Assembly: GCA_963743635.1 (NCBI GenBank)
Contig: CAVUQO010000002.1
Span: 64,001-128,000, forward strand
Origin: Candidatus Babeliales bacterium
GTDB lineage: Bacteria > Babelota > Babeliae > Babelales > Vermiphilaceae
Reading direction: 5' to 3'
DNA: 64,000 nt
The notes under the pieces are model-generated. The model made no database searches, was not told the origin of the DNA, and saw only the letters and a program-made list of their open reading frames with translations. Below, piece by piece: positions 58,729 to 64,000 of the stretch (positions within the stretch are counted from its first letter, which is position 1; each line of letters opens with the position of its first letter). The translations under genes were made by a program, and so were the position numbers.

Positions 58729-61116
58729 GTGAAAAAATTATCTATAAAAGGTGCACTTTTTTTGATGCTCTGTGCCGCACCGCTCTCTGCAGGGCAAATA
58801 TTTCAAACTCTGGATATTATAAAGGCCTATGCTCAGTGGTGTCCTGCAACGTACGATATTAACAATTTTGATTATTTAAATCCTGATTATGTACCATCCT
58901 ATTCATATTTGATGCCCAATGGCTGGGATAAGCTTTTAATGACAGTCGGATTAAAAAGTAGGCCTTTATGGCAACCAAAACCATTTCTTGAGTTGTTAGA
59001 AAAGGTAACCAAAGAGCGAAATAAGGAAGGTTTGAAGGGACAATGCATTCAGCGCATTGAGGTTTCACAGGGAGATCATTTTCTGATTTGGGCTAGTTTG
59101 CATGGAGCCTTCCATTCATTCGTGCGGACACTTGAGCATTTGAAAGAACAAAGGATTATCGATAATGATTTGAAAATTATTGAGCCAAAGTATTATATGA
59201 TTTTTGATGGAAATACCATTGATCGTTCTCCCTATGGCATGGAAACATTAACCGTTATATTGCGGCTACTCGAGGCCAATCCAACACGCGTATTTTATGC
59301 GCAGGGCAATCATGAGGCTGATGGTTATTGGGAAGAATATGATTTTCATGATGAGCAAACATATAAGCTTGGCGCTTTGCAAGGATTCATGCCTCCCTAT
59401 AAAGATGGGAAAACGCCATACACCGCTGAATTATATAATTTTTTTGATACATTGCCCATGGCCTTATTTTTGGCTGCAAATACCGTTGAGCGTTCTGATG
59501 GAATCCAGATTGGGCATTATGATCGATCCGAATTCCCACTGACATTTGAAGAACAAAAATACATATTAAACGCAGTTGATACGAAAGTATTTCCTTATCC
59601 AATTTCTATACCGAAAGAGCAGAAGGTTCAAAAACCTGCAAAAGTCACCTCAATAATAGAAGGTGATTCGGCTATTGTTCCCGACTACACCTCTGATGGG
59701 TTGCGCTTTTTGCCGGCGGATCAAGGCATTGCTGCATGGTCTGTGCTTTCTTCGCCAACGATTGCCTATCAAAAAATGTATAATTTTTATATGGATTCTT
59801 ACGTAGAAATAACGATTGAGATACCTATTGAGAAAACAACTATTAAGCAACATTATCAAGATGTACGTAAGCTTACTGGTTTCAAGACTGGCCGAGTGTA
59901 TAACATGTTTTCTGGCCAAGCAGATGAACAGTTTCGCGCACAATCAAAGGTCGAACTCGTTAATGTAGGAACGACTACTGATTTGAAAGGCGCATTAGTA
60001 CACTTTGGTACAGAGCTTTACACCGGCTTAGCGCTTGCATTCAATAAACAAAATCAAGATGGCGTCATTCCAGGATGTTTGGCTGAACTCATTGTGTTAA
60101 ATGATGGTCATTCACCAATACGCAGTCGTCGTAATATTGAAGCGCTGATGAAGGACTTTGATACCAAAATCATGATTGGCCTTGACGAGACCATGTTGTT
60201 AAATGCATATCTCGATTTAGTGCTGAAAAAAGATTTCTTGGTGATGTTTCCGGTTAATGGCGTTGAAAAATTTCGCTCCCCTCAATACAGCAACGTGATA
60301 CATTATAACCATTCATATATTAATGAGTCTGAGATATCAACCGCATATATATTGGATAAGGTCGGCGCTAATAAAATTGCAGTGGTCTATGAAAAGCCAG
60401 GGGTGGGAGACGATGCCCTCCTGGGTGTGCGTATTGCATGCAAGGATAGAAAGTTTACCTCGTTAATCGAGTTACCATTCACCACGAGCATTCTTGATTT
60501 TAAAGATCAAATTGCGGCAATACATCGAGAAAATCCTGATGTGATTGCATTATTCTTGTCAGAGGCATCGGTGCATGAATTTATTCGTCAAATAGGGGTG
60601 CAGAATATCGCAGAAAAAATACTATATGGGGCGAGTTCGATTGGTGCGGAATCAGTAAGACAATACTGCCAAGAAAAAGGGTTGCGCCTTATTGTAACCT
60701 ATTTAGTACCAAATCCTTTTAAGAGTGAAATGCCCATTGTGCAGGAGTTTAGAAAGGATGCTTCAAGTAACAACGCTGTAATTTCTGCTCAGGGATTGGA
60801 AGCGTATATCATAGCGAGTATTTTTGTGGAAGGCCTGCGCATTATAAAGGGGCCTATCAATAATGATACGATTATGAAATCGTTTGAATCGATGCATGAT
60901 TATAAGTTCAAGGGTCTGACGTTAAACTTTAATAAGAACACTCGTGAGTTATTAAATACCATCTGGATTGATACTGGCGAAAATAAAGATTGGATTCCAA
61001 ATGAGGTACATGATCGCACGGAAGCCGAAATTGATACAGTGAGAAAGGCATCAGACTCCAAAAAAGAAGAGCCTCAAAAGCATGAGCCTGAAAAGCATAC
61101 AACGTCTTGGTGGTAA
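58729..61116 (+). CDS. Secreted degenerate metallophosphoesterase + periplasmic-binding domain fusion (copy 2)
   Basis: ASLHG, GNTIDRS, QGNHE and FFDTLPMA motifs; C-terminal LivK-like domain; colinear paralog of 24550..26892. Confidence 0.7.
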   Translation: MKKLSIKGALFLMLCAAPLSAGQIFQTLDIIKAYAQWCPATYDINNFDYLNPDYVPSYSYLMPNGWDKLLMTVGLKSRPLWQPKPFLELLEKVTKERNKEGLKGQCIQRIEVSQGDHFLIWASLHGAFHSFVRTLEHLKEQRIIDNDLKIIEPKYYMIFDGNTIDRSPYGMETLTVILRLLEANPTRVFYAQGNHEADGYWEEYDFHDEQTYKLGALQGFMPPYKDGKTPYTAELYNFFDTLPMALFLAANTVERSDGIQIGHYDRSEFPLTFEEQKYILNAVDTKVFPYPISIPKEQKVQKPAKVTSIIEGDSAIVPDYTSDGLRFLPADQGIAAWSVLSSPTIAYQKMYNFYMDSYVEITIEIPIEKTTIKQHYQDVRKLTGFKTGRVYNMFSGQADEQFRAQSKVELVNVGTTTDLKGALVHFGTELYTGLALAFNKQNQDGVIPGCLAELIVLNDGHSPIRSRRNIEALMKDFDTKIMIGLDETMLLNAYLDLVLKKDFLVMFPVNGVEKFRSPQYSNVIHYNHSYINESEISTAYILDKVGANKIAVVYEKPGVGDDALLGVRIACKDRKFTSLIELPFTTSILDFKDQIAAIHRENPDVIALFLSEASVHEFIRQIGVQNIAEKILYGASSIGAESVRQYCQEKGLRLIVTYLVPNPFKSEMPIVQEFRKDASSNNAVISAQGLEAYIIASIFVEGLRIIKGPINNDTIMKSFESMHDYKFKGLTLNFNKNTRELLNTIWIDTGENKDWIPNEVHDRTEAEIDTVRKASDSKKEEPQKHEPEKHTTSWW

Positions 61117-61128
61117 GAAAGGATCAGT

Positions 61129-61788
61129 GTGAAAATTTTTCTTGATACGGCAAATCTTGAGGGCATCAAAAAATGGTCTTCAACGGGACTCATTGATGGG
61201 GTTACTACCAATCCGACACATTTAAGCAAAGAGGGCAAAGATCCCAAACATCAGGTTTTGGCTATTTGTGCCGCTCTGCCAGACGGCGAAATTAGTGTTG
61301 AGGTTACTGAATCGGATCCGGATGCAGTCTACAAACAAGCTCACGACATTGCGGCCTTGGCTGAGAATATCGTCGTTAAAATACCCTGCCACAAAGATTA
61401 CTATCATGTCATCAGTCGTCTTGCTCAAGAGGAGATTCCCCTCAATATTACTCTGGTGTTTACTCTGGTGCAGGGTCTTATGATGGCTAAACTGGGAGTT
61501 CGTTACATTTCGCCTTTTGTCGGCCGTTGGGATGATATTGACGTCGATGGCATCCAATTATTGCCTGAATTACGAGAAATGGTGGATGAATACGGGTATG
61601 ATACCGGTATTTTAGCTGCTTCTATGCGAAGCGTGCGCCATGTGCATGATGCAATCCTTGCAGGAGCCGACGTGGCAACCGTTACGCCCGCAGTTTTTGA
61701 AAAAATGATCGAGCATCCTTTGACCGATCAAGGCATCACGCTTTTCAAAGCTGATTGGGAAAAGCTGGGCATAAAAAAGTTTCCATAA
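61129..61788 (+). CDS. tal: Transaldolase / fructose-6-phosphate aldolase family
   Basis: IFLDTAN, GVTTNPT, VVKIP, YISPFVGR and LAASMR motifs. Confidence 0.9.
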   Translation: MKIFLDTANLEGIKKWSSTGLIDGVTTNPTHLSKEGKDPKHQVLAICAALPDGEISVEVTESDPDAVYKQAHDIAALAENIVVKIPCHKDYYHVISRLAQEEIPLNITLVFTLVQGLMMAKLGVRYISPFVGRWDDIDVDGIQLLPELREMVDEYGYDTGILAASMRSVRHVHDAILAGADVATVTPAVFEKMIEHPLTDQGITLFKADWEKLGIKKFP

Positions 61789-61891
61789 GTCAATATATCA
61801 ATCCAGTTATTCTATAAAATTATGAAAATTCTTGCTTTATTATGTTTTCTATTTGTAAACTTAGACTAGGAAATATAATAAAGGGAGAATA

Positions 61892-62332
61892 ATGAATTAC
61901 TATAGACTATGGATCTTGATCATGGCAGTCGGCACAGTGCAAGCGCTTGCCTATAATAAAATGTGTTATGTGCGTCCGCAGTATGGTTGCAAGGGTGAAA
62001 TACAGTGTTTATCCTCCAAATATTTTGTCTGTAAATCGAATAAATCGAGTCAGGACATTGAGATCGAATCTCCTAATGGACGTCGTGTCTGCTATGTGAA
62101 TCTTAATTCTACCGATAAAACCCGAGCGAAAATGTTTCTGGATCGGTATGATGGGGATACAAAAATCGCTGATGAGAGCATTGAGCATCAGTTGCAAAAA
62201 AATAGATCTCATTTTAAGGCCGTAGGCCTACTTCTGCGTGATTTTAAGCTTAATAATAAGAATATGACGGTACAACAGGTGCGGGATGCGCTTGGAATTG
62301 CCAAGAGACCAGTCGATCAGGGCAAAAAATAG
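61892..62332 (+). CDS. Secreted Cys-containing hypothetical protein
   Basis: RBS gggag; signal peptide ending ALA. Confidence 0.6.
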   Translation: MNYYRLWILIMAVGTVQALAYNKMCYVRPQYGCKGEIQCLSSKYFVCKSNKSSQDIEIESPNGRRVCYVNLNSTDKTRAKMFLDRYDGDTKIADESIEHQLQKNRSHFKAVGLLLRDFKLNNKNMTVQQVRDALGIAKRPVDQGKK

Positions 62333-62412
62333 GTTACTCAAGGGCCTGAATAGCACCGTGAGCCTCTGGCAGCCCCATTCCCCTTTTTTGGTATATTTGC
62401 TATACTAAAGGG

Positions 62413-64000
62413 ATGAAAAAGCCATTATTTAAACTTCACTCCCCATTTCTGCCGTCTGGAAGCCAACCTGAAGCTATTAAGCAGCTCGTTGCGGGGCGTC
62501 CAGGCAATTCTACCCTCATCGGGGTGACCGGTTCGGGTAAGACCTTTACTATGGCCAACCTCATAGCTCAGCAGGATAAGCCCGTATTGATCTTATCTCC
62601 TAATAAGACGCTTGCGGCCCAACTGTATGAGGAGTTCTCGCTTTTCTTTCCTGAGAATAAGGTCTGCTATTTTGTAAGTTATTATGATTACTATCAACCA
62701 GAATCATATCTCGCGGCGCAGGATATCTACATTCCTAAAGAAACCAAAATAAACTCTGAAATTGAACGTTTGCGGGTTGAGTCGACCGCATCACTCGTGA
62801 ACCGGCGAGATACCATTATTATTGCATCCGTTTCTTGTATTTACTCACTCGGTAACCCAACCGATTATAAAAATTTAGCCCTTTCATTGAAAGTAGGGCA
62901 AAAAATAAGCCGTTCTGAATTACTGCATAAGCTTATTTTTATACAATATATTCGCAACGATGTTGATCGCGCATCAGGCACTATGCAAGTTTTTGGTAAC
63001 ACGATAGAAGTTAATTTGCCGTATCAAAAAGATAAGTTACGCATTGAACTCTTTGGTGATCAAATTGATGGCTTGCAATGGATTAGCAAACACAACAATA
63101 CGGTAACGATGGACTTGGATAATACTATTATCTTTCCGGCAAAACATTTTGTGACGACTGAAGATAAAAAACAACAAGCAATGGCAAGCATCGAATCAGA
63201 GCTTGAGCAATGGATACCCCAAATCAGCAATCCGCTCTATCGCGAGCGCATTAGAACGCGCGTAAATCATGATCTTGAAATGCTTAATGAAGTTGGCTAT
63301 TGCTCTGGTATTGAAAACTATTCGGTTCATTTTGATGGCCGTGGGCCTGGCGAACCGCCGTTTTGTCTTTTTGACTTCTTTGAGAATGATGATTTTTTAC
63401 TCATGATCGATGAATCTCATATTGCAATTCCGCAGTTGCGGGGCATGTATGCGGGTGACCGTGCGCGTAAATCCGAGCTCGTAAAATACGGCTTTAGATT
63501 GCCATCGGCTTATGATAATCGGCCACTAAAATTTGAAGAAATTGAACGTTACTTTAAAGACGTTGTGTTTGTATCGGCAACACCTGGTGATTATGAGCTA
63601 CAACGATCAGATACGATCGTAGAGCAATTGATTCGTCCAACCGGCTTGCTTGATCCGGTGGTGAAGGTGCAATCGCGCGTTGGGCAAATTGATCATCTCA
63701 TTAAGACCATTAAAGATACCACCAAGAAAGGCTATCGCACATTGGTGACGGTTCTAACCAAAAAGCTTGCAGAAGAGCTTGCGCGATATCTTGAGGAAAA
63801 ACAGATTAAGGTTTGTTACTTGCATAGCGATTTAAAAACGCCGCAACGAACTGAGTTATTACAAAAATTACGCCTTGGGATTTTCGATTGTTTAGTCGGC
63901 GTTAACTTACTCCGTGAAGGGCTCGATTTACCTGAAGTTGCATTCGTTGCTATCATGGATGCTGACGTTGAAAGTTTCTTGCGCGATAAGCGTTCTCTCA
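62413..64000 (+). CDS. uvrB: Excinuclease ABC subunit B, 3' truncated by window edge (absent from ORF track)
   Basis: Manual translation MKKPLFKLHSPF...GVTGSGKT...PNKTLAAQLY...FVSYYDYYQPE...GIENYS...DESH...GFRLPSA.DNRPL...NLLREGLDLPEV. Confidence 0.97.
   Translation, partial: MKKPLFKLHSPFLPSGSQPEAIKQLVAGRPGNSTLIGVTGSGKTFTMANLIAQQDKPVLILSPNKTLAAQLYEEFSLFFPENKVCYFVSYYDYYQPESYLAAQDIYIPKETKINSEIERLRVESTASLVNRRDTIIIASVSCIYSLGNPTDYKNLALSLKVGQKISRSELLHKLIFIQYIRNDVDRASGTMQVFGNTIEVNLPYQKDKLRIELFGDQIDGLQWISKHNNTVTMDLDNTIIFPAKHFVTTEDKKQQAMASIESELEQWIPQISNPLYRERIRTRVNHDLEMLNEVGYCSGIENYSVHFDGRGPGEPPFCLFDFFENDDFLLMIDESHIAIPQLRGMYAGDRARKSELVKYGFRLPSAYDNRPLKFEEIERYFKDVVFVSATPGDYELQRSDTIVEQLIRPTGLLDPVVKVQSRVGQIDHLIKTIKDTTKKGYRTLVTVLTKKLAEELARYLEEKQIKVCYLHSDLKTPQRTELLQKLRLGIFDCLVGVNLLREGLDLPEVAFVAIMDADVESFLRDKRSL

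Overview
AT-rich bacterial chromosome segment. It has many secreted eukaryote-like proteins (WD40, Sel1, PI-PLC, STELLO-, exostosin- and DUF1647-like), which suggests a protist-associated intracellular bacterium such as Ca. Dependentiae/Babelota (TM6); this assignment is inference. Main contents: (i) a ~12 kb cluster of mostly signal-peptide-bearing glycosyltransferase-like genes; (ii) housekeeping genes glyA, efp, nusB, ndk, rpsA, a DEAD-box helicase, leuS, tal/fsa, split LigD domains and a partial uvrB; (iii) a 4.6 kb integrase-less island bounded by a perfect 28-bp direct repeat, carrying an RHH regulator and a family of secreted Cys-motif proteins; (iv) two copies of a two-gene unit, pentameric ligand-gated ion channel plus secreted degenerate metallophosphatase/Venus-flytrap fusion; (v) a GIY-YIG nuclease gene flanked by inverted REP-like palindromes, with relatives dispersed and nested across intergenic regions; (vi) tandem secreted BTB/SKP1-like WD40 proteins whose leader cassette is reused by a methyltransferase. 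Frameshifts in rpsA, leuS, the helicase and one GT gene are most likely assembly errors. No tRNA, rRNA or CRISPR array was recognised. All family assignments come from motif recognition, not database searches.
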